DNA from: Shigella phage ESh15
Length of the DNA: 64,000 bases
Sequence record: ON528725
Reading direction: 5' to 3' (one strand)
Position 1 is the stretch's first letter. Every line of letters begins with the position of its first letter. Below the pieces are notes generated by a model, which was given only the letters and a program-made list of their open reading frames with translations, was not told the DNA's origin and searched no databases. A program made the translations under genes and the position numbers. This document shows positions 9,677-19,813 of the stretch, piece by piece.

Positions 9677-10293
9677 TACTTAACGAAATTAATTTCTACC
9701 GGATGAACAACAGGTTGAGCAGTGATATATTGAGTAATTGCTTTCATGACTAGAGCTTCAGAACCAGGATTTTTCTCAACGAATTCACGTGCTTGGTTAT
9801 GAGCTTCAAGTTCACTTAGTAAACCGCTTCGTTGGCATCCACGGTCTTGAGTACCCTGTTCAGATAAAAAGACGACGATGTATTTTTCGTCATCATCATA
9901 CGGTTTAGACGGTTGAGCAAATGTTCCTTTACTTCCGAAAGGAGAGTTATGCCGCCACATATCACCGTGAGGAGTTTCAACCTTCGTGTATTCATGCGGT
10001 CCATTTTTCTTAGTTTCTTTCCATGGAACTTCATGGACCTTAGGGTTAGGACATTCAATAAAATGCTCATCTAAATCGGTAGAGAATATTAAAGTAAAAC
10101 AATTACTGAATTTACCAGCACCTGCCTGATAAATTTTACCTTCAGAAGTTCTAATTTCACAAACTGAGCCGGCATCAGTAACTTCTAAAACTTCAAAAGG
10201 CTCGATAAGGTCATATGAGAACATGTTTTTAAGGCGTGGAGTAATATCCCCATTTTTAAAATTCATTTTATAAAAAGTATTAACTTTAAACAT
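9676..10293 (-). CDS. Hypothetical protein, 205 aa
   Basis: Minus-strand ORF with RBS-like GAGGAA upstream; no recognisable motif. Confidence 0.5.
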   Translation of the reverse strand: MFKVNTFYKMNFKNGDITPRLKNMFSYDLIEPFEVLEVTDAGSVCEIRTSEGKIYQAGAGKFSNCFTLIFSTDLDEHFIECPNPKVHEVPWKETKKNGPHEYTKVETPHGDMWRHNSPFGSKGTFAQPSKPYDDDEKYIVVFLSEQGTQDRGCQRSGLLSELEAHNQAREFVEKNPGSEALVMKAITQYITAQPVVHPVEINFVK

Positions 10294-10305
10294 AATTTCC
10301 TCAGT

Positions 10306-10321
10306 GGGAGCCGAAGCTCCC
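10306..10321 (-). other. UUCG-loop hairpin without U-run in the 5' leader of ORF 9676-10293
   Basis: GGGAGC-CGAA-GCTCCC between two co-directional ORFs. Confidence 0.4.
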
Positions 10322-10328
10322 AGTTAAA

Positions 10329-10694
10329 TTAGATATCAAATTCATTAAGAACTACATCAAAGATTGCTTCGAGATGTTCAGGTTTAGCTCGGTTGCTCAG
10401 GATATGACGAATCCAAGTTTTAACCAGAAGTTTACGATTATCACCATTCCAGCAAGGATGAGTACCTAAATCACGCTGACGGAAATCATCATCTAATGCA
10501 ATTTTAAAATTTGAACCTTCCATCGTGATTGAAACCGTGATACCATTTTCAAATCGCATATAAACGTAATTAGGAGTCATGCACTGTTCGATTTCACAAA
10601 CTGTACCGTTTTTGTGTTTCCATAAGCAAATAACTTCAGAAGAACCAGCGATACCGTTAGAAACATATTTACGTTCGAAGTTGATGTAGTTCAT
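10329..10694 (-). CDS. Hypothetical protein, 121 aa
   Basis: Minus-strand ORF preceded by an early promoter cassette. Confidence 0.5.
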   Translation of the reverse strand: MNYINFERKYVSNGIAGSSEVICLWKHKNGTVCEIEQCMTPNYVYMRFENGITVSITMEGSNFKIALDDDFRQRDLGTHPCWNGDNRKLLVKTWIRHILSNRAKPEHLEAIFDVVLNEFDI

Positions 10695-10721
10695 TTTATT
10701 CTCCAGATGTTTAAGTTGTTT

Positions 10722-10764
10722 GTTGGTACAGGTCTATAATAACATAACCTGTACCAAAGTAAAC
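10722..10764 (-). promoter_or_regulatory. Early promoter cassette with inverted repeat (TTGGTACAGG...CCTGTACCAA) around the -10 region
   Basis: GTTTAC -35 on minus strand; upstream of ORF 10329-10694. Confidence 0.5.
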
Positions 10765-10768
10765 TGTT

Positions 10769-11137
10769 TTATGCAACTTTAATCCAATTGTCTAAATTTA
10801 AAACACCTTTGGCTTTCATTTTTTCGATCAGGTTATCTGCTGTAATGCGTCCATTTTGATACCATGTAACATCTTCAGAGTAACCAGTTTCTTCGTCAAC
10901 ATATGTTTCTGAACGAATTTTACCGGTAATAATAGTTTTTAATTCGTATGTGTCACCTGTGAAAAAGTTTGCTAACACAATTTTCCAAGAGAAATCATCA
11001 GAAGGACCTTCAGGGGTCATACAACTTACGATCTCAAATTGCTCTTTGTATAACATCCACTGGAATTCTTTAATTTCGATAGCTTTATAACCGTCGTGGT
11101 CTTTACATTTGATGTATGAGTTCAGATTGATTTTCAT
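10769..11137 (-). CDS. Hypothetical protein, 122 aa
   Basis: Minus-strand ORF preceded by an early promoter cassette. Confidence 0.5.
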   Translation of the reverse strand: MKINLNSYIKCKDHDGYKAIEIKEFQWMLYKEQFEIVSCMTPEGPSDDFSWKIVLANFFTGDTYELKTIITGKIRSETYVDEETGYSEDVTWYQNGRITADNLIEKMKAKGVLNLDNWIKVA

Positions 11138-11169
11138 TTTGTTCTCCAGTTTGTTTTATTGATTAGGTG

Positions 11170-11208
11170 GTACAAGTCTATAGTAACACATCCTACAGGA
11201 GAGTAAAC
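11170..11208 (-). promoter_or_regulatory. Early promoter cassette
   Basis: GTTTAC -35 on minus strand; upstream of ORF 10769-11137. Confidence 0.5.
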
Positions 11209-11244
11209 ATCTTTTTAAACTTTTTCTGCCCTAAACGCACAAAA

Positions 11245-11262
11245 GGGAGACCGAAGTCTCCC
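11245..11262 (-). terminator. Intrinsic terminator with UUCG loop after the small basic protein gene
   Basis: GGGAGAC-CGAA-GTCTCCC followed by a U-run in the minus-strand transcript. Confidence 0.6.
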
Positions 11263-11267
11263 TAAAA

Positions 11268-11447
11268 TTATGCAACAACCTTTCCAAAACGAGAAGCATC
11301 ATCTCGAAGAACTGCACGTGCTCTGCGCATGATCTTCTCAACTGTTTGATTAATACGAGAGTTCGACCCACGCTTGTATCCAGCGCGTTTAGAGATACCA
11401 TCAACTTTCTTTTCAACTGCTTTCTTTGCTTTAGCTTGTTTTGCCAT
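11268..11447 (-). CDS. Small, highly basic protein (59 aa, MAKQAKAKKAVEKK...), not in the ORF track
   Basis: Hand-translated ATG-initiated ORF; Lys/Arg-rich; followed by a UUCG hairpin and U-run; track instead lists an out-of-frame ORF at 11231-11416. Confidence 0.5.
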   Translation of the reverse strand: MAKQAKAKKAVEKKVDGISKRAGYKRGSNSRINQTVEKIMRRARAVLRDDASRFGKVVA

Positions 11448-11612
11448 TATAAATTCTCTTTAAATGAAAATGCAGGACTTATTGACATTGCCTGCGCAAG
11501 CCCTCAAGGGGAACATAGGTTTTTGGATATTTAACGACCAGGATAACCATAAACCCGTCATCATACCAACCACGACTTAGACAGATAACCTTTTTCTGAC
11601 GCGTGATAGCAA

Positions 11613-11861
11613 TTATTTCAAAGTAATAACAAAATGACGAACTGCTTTACGAGCTGCTGAAGCCAAAGGCTTAGCATATTTCAGTTCATCTTTTGCTTCC
11701 AGTTCAGCAGCCAGAGTAGCCTGAGCAGGATTCAGATGTTTGAAATAACGCAGGATTTCCAGTGCTTCGGCTTCAACATCAATTGAAGCGCCGTAGTTTT
11801 CGTGACCGTTATTCCATGCGTTGCGTTGCAGTTCAAGAGCGTGTTGTAATTGTTTAATCAT
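11613..11861 (-). CDS. rIII: rIII lysis-inhibition accessory protein
   Basis: 82 aa, same size as T4 RIII; adjacent to gene 31. Confidence 0.75.
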   Translation of the reverse strand: MIKQLQHALELQRNAWNNGHENYGASIDVEAEALEILRYFKHLNPAQATLAAELEAKDELKYAKPLASAARKAVRHFVITLK

Positions 11862-11985
11862 TTTAAATTCTCAATTCGAGATAATATTTAGTAGCCACGT
11901 TCTTCTGAATTTCACCTTCTTTCGACAAGTCTCTCAGTTGTAGGCTACCGCTTAGAAGAGTGTTCTCTTCATATAGTTATTTATA

Positions 11986-12318
11986 TCACTTATAAAGACA
12001 CGGAATAGCTTTATAGTGGCATGTTACGAATTTCTGTTTAATTTCTTTAGGTTGTTTAAGTCCCAAAGCCACAAATGGATGTGGAACATTTCGAATTTGT
12101 CCAACTGGTAGTGGAGTCAAATCACCGACTTCAACAAAACCTTCAGGAACATCAGGACCTACAGAATGAACTACACATAGTTCAGGAACTTCACCTTGAA
12201 CACGTTTACCAATCACAAGTCCTGATTCGGTAACTTCTTCATCACCTGCTTGAGCAGGTTCAGAAACCAGAATGACATATTCACCAACAGCACGAATTGG
12301 GAGTTGTACTTCAGACAT
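11986..12318 (-). CDS. 31: Co-chaperonin gp31 (GroES-like, capsid folding)
   Basis: 110 aa (T4 gp31 111 aa); position between rIII and cd. Confidence 0.85.
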   Translation of the reverse strand: MSEVQLPIRAVGEYVILVSEPAQAGDEEVTESGLVIGKRVQGEVPELCVVHSVGPDVPEGFVEVGDLTPLPVGQIRNVPHPFVALGLKQPKEIKQKFVTCHYKAIPCLYK

Positions 12319-12375
12319 CTTATTTCCTTGTTGTTTGACGATAGATTAATAATACCATACTATTCGTAAAGCATA

Positions 12376-12684
12376 TTACATAAGAAGCAAACGTTCTACC
12401 GGAGTACCATCAACCGAAATTACTTTATCAAGGCGGAAAGAACGCCACTGACCTAACTTGGTATCGAATGCTCGAACTGATTCACGAGGTTCATAACGAA
12501 CTTCTGTTGCCGGATTGTTATTTTCATATTTGACTTCAAGTTCATCGCGCGAAGCAAACATAGTGCGTACCTCACCGTTAGCCTTTTCAAATACAACACA
12601 ATGAACGCCTACAGACAGAATAGTTTTAATACGTTCACGAAGAACCATAGTTTCTTGTTCAGTTAAAATCATATTATTCACCAC
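12376..12684 (-). CDS. Hypothetical protein (31.1-position)
   Basis: 102 aa ORF between gene 31 and cd. Confidence 0.5.
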   Translation of the reverse strand: MVNNMILTEQETMVLRERIKTILSVGVHCVVFEKANGEVRTMFASRDELEVKYENNNPATEVRYEPRESVRAFDTKLGQWRSFRLDKVISVDGTPVERLLLM

Positions 12685-13255
12685 AAAAGTTTCGAATTTG
12701 TTCCCAATTCAGAGAACGAAGATTATTACGAGAGTACTGAATTACTTCAATACCAGCTTGTTTAAGAATGTCTGCCCAATTTTCAGGAGATCGGTCATAT
12801 AATTCTGCATATACAACCTTTTTAATACCTGACTGCGTAATAGCTTTAGTGCAATCAGGACACGGAGAAAGCGTCGTATATAACGTAGCACCTTCAATAG
12901 AATTACCTTTACGAGCTGCAAACAAAATTGCGTTCAGTTCCGCATGGATTTCGTTATTAGCAGACCATGCACTATGAGCGGCCCGGTGTTCTTTAGCCAA
13001 AACAAAATTATCGGCCCGTCCAAATGCTGTAGTGCCTTCTTTATGTCCAGCAACGATGACCGGACTTGGTTTATTCTTCAACCAGCCTTGTTCAGTAGCA
13101 TGGTCACAACAGTTTATACCACCTGAAGGAGAGCCATTATATCCAGTAGAGATAATGCGTCCATCTTTTTCAATGACTGCGCCAACTTTCCATGAACAAC
13201 ATTTTGATTCTTGAGAAATCAGATATGCAATCTGAAGGTATGTGCTAGCTTTCAT
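12674..13255 (-). CDS. cd: dCMP deaminase
   Basis: 193 aa, same as T4 Cd; zinc-binding deaminase motifs HAELNAI and SPCPDC. Confidence 0.9.
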   Translation of the reverse strand: MKASTYLQIAYLISQESKCCSWKVGAVIEKDGRIISTGYNGSPSGGINCCDHATEQGWLKNKPSPVIVAGHKEGTTAFGRADNFVLAKEHRAAHSAWSANNEIHAELNAILFAARKGNSIEGATLYTTLSPCPDCTKAITQSGIKKVVYAELYDRSPENWADILKQAGIEVIQYSRNNLRSLNWEQIRNFCGE

Positions 13256-14247
13256 TATTGAACCTTATTAATATAAGTTAACAGCTCTTTAGTTTGTTCC
13301 CAACTGATGCACGCATCGGTAATGGAAACGCCATAGGACATATTATCAGAAATTTTTTGATTTCCTTCATGTAGGAACGATTCTATCATAATTCCTTTGA
13401 CCAAATCATTAGCTGCTAAATTTTTACCAATACCAATTTGATTGCTATAATGCCCATCAGCGTTTGCATGGCTACAGTCAACCATTACATAATGATTCAG
13501 ACCTACTGCCCTTGCTTTGTTAGAAGCTTCTTGAATATCAGAAGAATGATAGTTTGGGCCATTGGTCCCACCACGCAATACGATATGCGTATTCTGATTA
13601 CCTTCAGCTTCAACAATGCCTACAGTACCATCGACGTCCATACCCATATACCGATGAGGCCAGGCGGCACTATACATCGCGTCTGTAGCTACTTTAATAG
13701 AACCATTGGTTGCGTTCTTAAAGCCTACGCACATCGGTAGACCTGAAGCAATTTCACGATGTGTCTGACTTTCAGTCGTACGGGCGCCAATAGCAACCCA
13801 TGAGAAAATACCAGAAAGATACTTAATCGTGAATGGGTCTAATACTTCAGTTGCTAATGGAAGTCCCATACGTAGAAGTTTACGACACAATGTTCGTGCA
13901 ACTATAAGACCGTGGTTCATATCAAAACTTCCGTCAAGATATGGATCATTTACAAGACCTTTCCAACCTACGGTAGTTCGAGGCTTTTCAAAATAAACGC
14001 GCATCACTAACAGAACATTAGGAAGACGAGTTTGAAGTTCAGCCAGACGTTTGCCGTATTCAACAGCAGCAATAGGGTCATGAATTGAACAAGGACCTAC
14101 AACAATAAGTTTGCGTGGGTCTTCACCGTTCATAATCGAATTAACTTGTTCGCGATGAGAAGCCACTTGTGATGCGTAAGCTTCCGACAAAGGAATAATC
14201 TCAGCCAGTTCTTTTGGAGAAATAAGTTTTCCGACGACAGGTAACAT
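13255..14247 (-). CDS. 3-deoxy-D-arabino-heptulosonate-7-phosphate (DAHP) synthase, class I-alpha, AroG/AroF/AroH-like
   Basis: 330 aa; conserved blocks LIVVGPCSIHD, EKPRTTVGWKG, IGARTTESQ, VLRGGTNGPNY, VDCSHAN, IESFLHEGNQ, SITDACISWE match E. coli AroG; stop overlaps the cd start (TAATG). Confidence 0.85.
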   Translation of the reverse strand: MLPVVGKLISPKELAEIIPLSEAYASQVASHREQVNSIMNGEDPRKLIVVGPCSIHDPIAAVEYGKRLAELQTRLPNVLLVMRVYFEKPRTTVGWKGLVNDPYLDGSFDMNHGLIVARTLCRKLLRMGLPLATEVLDPFTIKYLSGIFSWVAIGARTTESQTHREIASGLPMCVGFKNATNGSIKVATDAMYSAAWPHRYMGMDVDGTVGIVEAEGNQNTHIVLRGGTNGPNYHSSDIQEASNKARAVGLNHYVMVDCSHANADGHYSNQIGIGKNLAANDLVKGIMIESFLHEGNQKISDNMSYGVSITDACISWEQTKELLTYINKVQ

Positions 14248-14367
14248 AACAATCCTTAGGAGATATAAACAGATTCTGATTCAACAATACCTTTAACCGG
14301 ATTAGACAGGCTAAGTTGGTAGTGCTCAGATTTATGACCATTCTCTATAGTAATGAGATAGCTCTCA

Positions 14368-14604
14368 TTATAGTGTTCCATATACTCGAGTTGCTTCAAC
14401 AAGACCATCACTGCCTAATTTAAGATTAGTAATTTGGTCACCATCTTTAGGATTAACGATTATGAGAAAAGAACGTGGAGATTCTTGAATAACTCGTAAT
14501 GTTGCATCCTGGAAACGTTCAGACACTTTATTGATGAGTGCTTGAGCAAATTCTTTTACTTTAATCTGAAATTCGTGTACTGTAATTGGATTTTCACTTA
14601 GCAT
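14368..14604 (-). CDS. Hypothetical small protein
   Basis: 78 aa minus-strand ORF with early promoter cassette upstream. Confidence 0.45.
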   Translation of the reverse strand: MLSENPITVHEFQIKVKEFAQALINKVSERFQDATLRVIQESPRSFLIIVNPKDGDQITNLKLGSDGLVEATRVYGTL

Positions 14605-14624
14605 TTCGATTTCCTCATTTGTTG

Positions 14625-14661
14625 GTAGAGTTATAGTACCACAACTCCACCATGTTGTAAA
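14625..14661 (-). promoter_or_regulatory. Early promoter cassette
   Basis: GTTTAC -35 on minus strand; upstream of ORF 14368-14604. Confidence 0.5.
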
Positions 14662-14664
14662 CCA

Positions 14665-14940
14665 TTAAATTGCTTTGCATTCAATTTTTTGTGTACCGAA
14701 ATTGATATCACATTGGATAACTAAATCGCCGTCAAGATCAAATACCACTATGACGTGTGCAGACCCAGGGAGAAGAGTAATAGCAATAGAATCTACTTGG
14801 TCTGGGAGCAAAGCATTGAGTACATGAGTTAGTTGAGCATGAACTCTGAGTTCGGCTGCATTATCAAGCACTTCAAACATATTATTAGCAATAATCTGAC
14901 TGAAGACTACCTTTACAATTTCAGAATAAGTTGGGAACAT
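14665..14940 (-). CDS. Hypothetical small protein
   Basis: 91 aa minus-strand ORF. Confidence 0.45.
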   Translation of the reverse strand: MFPTYSEIVKVVFSQIIANNMFEVLDNAAELRVHAQLTHVLNALLPDQVDSIAITLLPGSAHVIVVFDLDGDLVIQCDINFGTQKIECKAI

Positions 14941-14947
14941 AATTACC

Positions 14948-15172
14948 TCAGTGCACAGTATTTACTTTAACTCGAACAACAAATCGCTCGGTTGGTTCAC
15001 CTACAGGAACAAACTCTACATGATATTCGCCTTTGTAACGAGTATTCAGATCATTACGAATTCCTGCGAGTTTGTTGATTAATGTAGGACTCATATTAAG
15101 TCCCACTAGTTTACGAAGCATTTTGTATGCTTCATCTTCGATTTCATGATGTTTATCGTACATAGTTTTCAT
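14948..15172 (-). CDS. Hypothetical small protein
   Basis: 74 aa minus-strand ORF. Confidence 0.45.
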   Translation of the reverse strand: MKTMYDKHHEIEDEAYKMLRKLVGLNMSPTLINKLAGIRNDLNTRYKGEYHVEFVPVGEPTERFVVRVKVNTVH

Positions 15173-15343
15173 TTAACCATTCAATTGCCTGGTCGACGTT
15201 ATCAAATATACCACCGTCCAAACGTTCTTCATGCTCATAGTCCAGCACATCAATACCGAACTGTCCATTTACTAAAGGCCAGGCTACAAACAAATATTCT
15301 TTATGCTGTTCGACGGCCTCAATCACTTCATATAATCGTTTCA

Positions 15344-15344
<1 letters not shown>
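15153..15344 (-). CDS. Hypothetical small protein
   Basis: 63 aa minus-strand ORF abutting the pseT stop. Confidence 0.45.
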
Positions 15345-16430
<1,086 letters not shown>

Positions 16431-16431
<1 letters not shown>

Positions 16432-16730
16432 TATTTTATTCCTAAGAAAGCTTCAAGAATACGAATGTTATGTTCGCGCCGGTCTTTATTAATTTCAGCA
16501 ACGTTTTTATTAATTGACGTGCTTCTAACGTTTGAAGAAATAAATTTAATCATATGACTTTTGAGTTGTTGCAAATCCAACCCTTTTTCTTTAGCCGCTT
16601 TACGAAGAGCTTTACCTGCTTCATCTAGTGCCTTTGCAGCATCTTTGTCATAATTGTCGAGTGACATTCCATGGCAGATATCAATATACTCATCAGAACG
16701 TTTGATGTAATTCTCTAGTAATGTTTTCAT
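16431..16730 (-). CDS. Hypothetical protein
   Basis: 99 aa minus-strand ORF with early promoter cassette upstream. Confidence 0.45.
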
Positions 16731-16754
16731 TTAGATTTCCTCAATTATCCATAG

Positions 16755-16789
16755 GAGCATTATACTCTGCTCCCGAGAGTTTGTAAACT
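16755..16789 (-). promoter_or_regulatory. Early promoter cassette
   Basis: Plus strand CATTATACTCTGCTCCCGAGAGTTTGTAAAC; upstream of ORF 16431-16730. Confidence 0.5.
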
Positions 16790-17012
16790 ATTTTACTAAA
16801 GATTCAATATACTCATGAAGAGCTTTAGTCGCTACTGCCCATTTGTTTTGGTATTCATTTTTCAGATTAGCACGAGACTGAACTAACAAGCGGTCATTAG
16901 TCGGAGGCAAAGATTCTAATCGTTGAATCTGGCGCCCATAAATCATAGCCGCCATTTCAGATTCATAGATAAGCCCTTTAATGTATTCATACTGTTCTTT
17001 AGTCATTGGCAT
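16788..17012 (-). CDS. Hypothetical small protein
   Basis: 74 aa minus-strand ORF. Confidence 0.45.
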   Translation of the reverse strand: MPMTKEQYEYIKGLIYESEMAAMIYGRQIQRLESLPPTNDRLLVQSRANLKNEYQNKWAVATKALHEYIESLVK

Positions 17013-17293
17013 TTTTCCTCTTTTAAACCACTACGATAATAACATAACATAGACTTCTGGTCATGTACATATCTTTTTACGTCGTTTAACCAGATACGAA
17101 ATTCTTGAGAGTCTTCAAATGGCATTCCAACCCATGGATTACCATCAATAACCTTTACTTGCCATTTCTGGTTATATTCAACAATAGATTCAGGCCATGG
17201 CGGATGTAAAGTTTCTTTAGGGCTTAAGGGCACATCCTGGGCACATCCAGCCAAAATGCCAATAGATAATACAACTGCGGTTAATTTAATCAT
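17003..17293 (-). CDS. Outer-membrane spanin-like lipoprotein (o-spanin, pseT.2-position)
   Basis: Signal peptide plus lipobox (LAGC), Pro/Trp-rich, 96 aa; overlaps the upstream coiled-coil membrane protein by 4 nt. Confidence 0.6.
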   Translation of the reverse strand: MIKLTAVVLSIGILAGCAQDVPLSPKETLHPPWPESIVEYNQKWQVKVIDGNPWVGMPFEDSQEFRIWLNDVKRYVHDQKSMLCYYRSGLKEEKCQ

Positions 17294-17646
17294 TCTGAGA
17301 GCTTCCTGAGGTCTTCTGCAAAGGAATCAAAGGACCTGTTGATTTGTTTTTCGACCAATCCTGGCTTACTTGCCACCACGTTCTTCTTCTTCGAATCCTG
17401 ACGGAGCTTTTCATTTTCGGCCTTAAGTTGGTCAACTAAAACACGGTTCTTATAAGTCATTTCTTCGATTGACTGATATTGAACTTTGAAGTCGTCTAAT
17501 ACTTTAGCATTGTTTTTAGCAGTCTCTTTAACAGAAGCCAATTCAGTATTCAACGAATCAACTTTGTTGTTTAAGACAACTATTGTTACAGTAGAAACTA
17601 GAGCAAAAGCTGCTACTATAGCGTAAATCGGATTTACTTTAAGCAT
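17290..17646 (-). CDS. Inner-membrane spanin-like protein (i-spanin, pseT.3-position)
   Basis: N-terminal transmembrane segment followed by charged coiled-coil-like region, 118 aa; paired with the lipoprotein. Confidence 0.6.
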   Translation of the reverse strand: MLKVNPIYAIVAAFALVSTVTIVVLNNKVDSLNTELASVKETAKNNAKVLDDFKVQYQSIEEMTYKNRVLVDQLKAENEKLRQDSKKKNVVASKPGLVEKQINRSFDSFAEDLRKLSE

Positions 17647-18134
17647 GTTTTAATAATCTCAATGATTTCATCTCGGGACAATCCATTGATAAGAACGGTT
17701 TTCAAACCATCACACTGGATTTTGTACGATTCAAACAATACACACAACTCTTCTGCTGTATGATATGGACTTGAGATTCCGAGGCGGTTGAATTTGTCGG
17801 TAAGAGGGTCACAAATAATGTAGAATTTTATACCTGCGATATGTACGTTGGGTTGACTAATATTAATGAACACATTAGCATCATATTTAGTCAAATTGTT
17901 TTGAAGAAATTCTACCATAGCATTAACTGCTTCTGGCATCGCTTCGCGTTTCTCTTCAGCATATCGGGTTGAATATTCCTTTTGCTTTAACTTCTTTTTA
18001 GCATTTTTCGCTAGAGTAGTACGAAGGTCCGTAAGATAACCAACTGGACGGCCTTTCTTAAAGACCTGGATTCCATCTGTAGAATCACCAAATGCTGCCA
18101 CAACCATATCGTTAGTAATCAATTGCATATTCAT
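17634..18134 (-). CDS. Putative Alc-like protein (host transcription shut-off); start set at internal ATG (MNMQL)
   Basis: About 166 aa from the ATG with GGAGAAAA RBS (T4 Alc 167 aa); position between spanins and RNA ligase 1; no sequence comparison possible here. Confidence 0.45.
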   Translation of the reverse strand: MNMQLITNDMVVAAFGDSTDGIQVFKKGRPVGYLTDLRTTLAKNAKKKLKQKEYSTRYAEEKREAMPEAVNAMVEFLQNNLTKYDANVFINISQPNVHIAGIKFYIICDPLTDKFNRLGISSPYHTAEELCVLFESYKIQCDGLKTVLINGLSRDEIIEIIKTCLK

Positions 18135-18159
18135 AATTTTCTCCTCGTGTTGTTGACAA

Positions 18160-18194
18160 AAGCCATAGTAACACCATCCTTGGTGTTTGTAAAC
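18160..18194 (-). promoter_or_regulatory. Early promoter cassette upstream of the alc-like gene
   Basis: GTTTAC -35 on minus strand, followed by a GGAGAAAA RBS and ATG. Confidence 0.5.
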
Positions 18195-18196
18195 CA

Positions 18197-19330
<1,134 letters not shown>

Positions 19331-19344
19331 TCAGTTAGTTTTTT

Positions 19345-19377
19345 TTAATTGTACCACAATCCTTGTGGTATGTAAAC
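19345..19377 (-). promoter_or_regulatory. Early promoter cassette upstream of rnlA
   Basis: GTTTAC -35 on minus strand with an inverted repeat (ACCACAA...TTGTGGT). Confidence 0.5.
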
Positions 19378-19787
19378 TACTTTTTCTTATGTTGGATATT
19401 CCAAGGCGGGTTGAACTTTTTGATAAAAAGTGGTTCTTCAAGGTCCATTGTTGCGATGGTCATTGAACCAAGTTCGTTGGTGACTGAAAGGTCAAAACAT
19501 TGGCGGGCCCAGAATTCAACCTTTTTGCCTTGCATTAAGGCATCCAAAATCATAAGTGATTTTCTTGAATCTGAAGTCTGGTCTTTTCGATTTATGGCTG
19601 TTCGATAATAGTTAATGCGTTTCTTTAAATTCTTGGTTTTACCAATATACACAAGTTCGTCATCTATAGCAATAGCGTATATGACATTTTTCTTATTAGG
19701 GACATCAACTGTTTTAATTGTTGCATCTTCTAATAGCTCCAATTCTGTATATTTAATAAAGGAATATTCGGCGGCAATATCTTTCAT
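19377..19787 (-). CDS. denA: Endonuclease II (GIY-YIG family)
   Basis: 136 aa, same as T4 DenA; GIY-YIG motif (VYIGKTKNLKKRINYY). Confidence 0.85.
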   Translation of the reverse strand: MKDIAAEYSFIKYTELELLEDATIKTVDVPNKKNVIYAIAIDDELVYIGKTKNLKKRINYYRTAINRKDQTSDSRKSLMILDALMQGKKVEFWARQCFDLSVTNELGSMTIATMDLEEPLFIKKFNPPWNIQHKKK

Positions 19788-19795
19788 AATAAAGT

Positions 19796-19809
19796 GGGAC
19801 CGAAGTCCC
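19796..19809 (-). other. UUCG-loop hairpin between the nrdB stop and denA start
   Basis: GGGAC-CGAA-GTCCC immediately upstream of the denA RBS. Confidence 0.4.
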
Positions 19810-19813
19810 GTCC

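Noticed and set aside
11231-11416. 61-aa track ORF
   Set aside because: Different frame from the better-supported 59-aa basic protein at 11268-11447, which has an ATG start and a terminator; treated as frame artefact.
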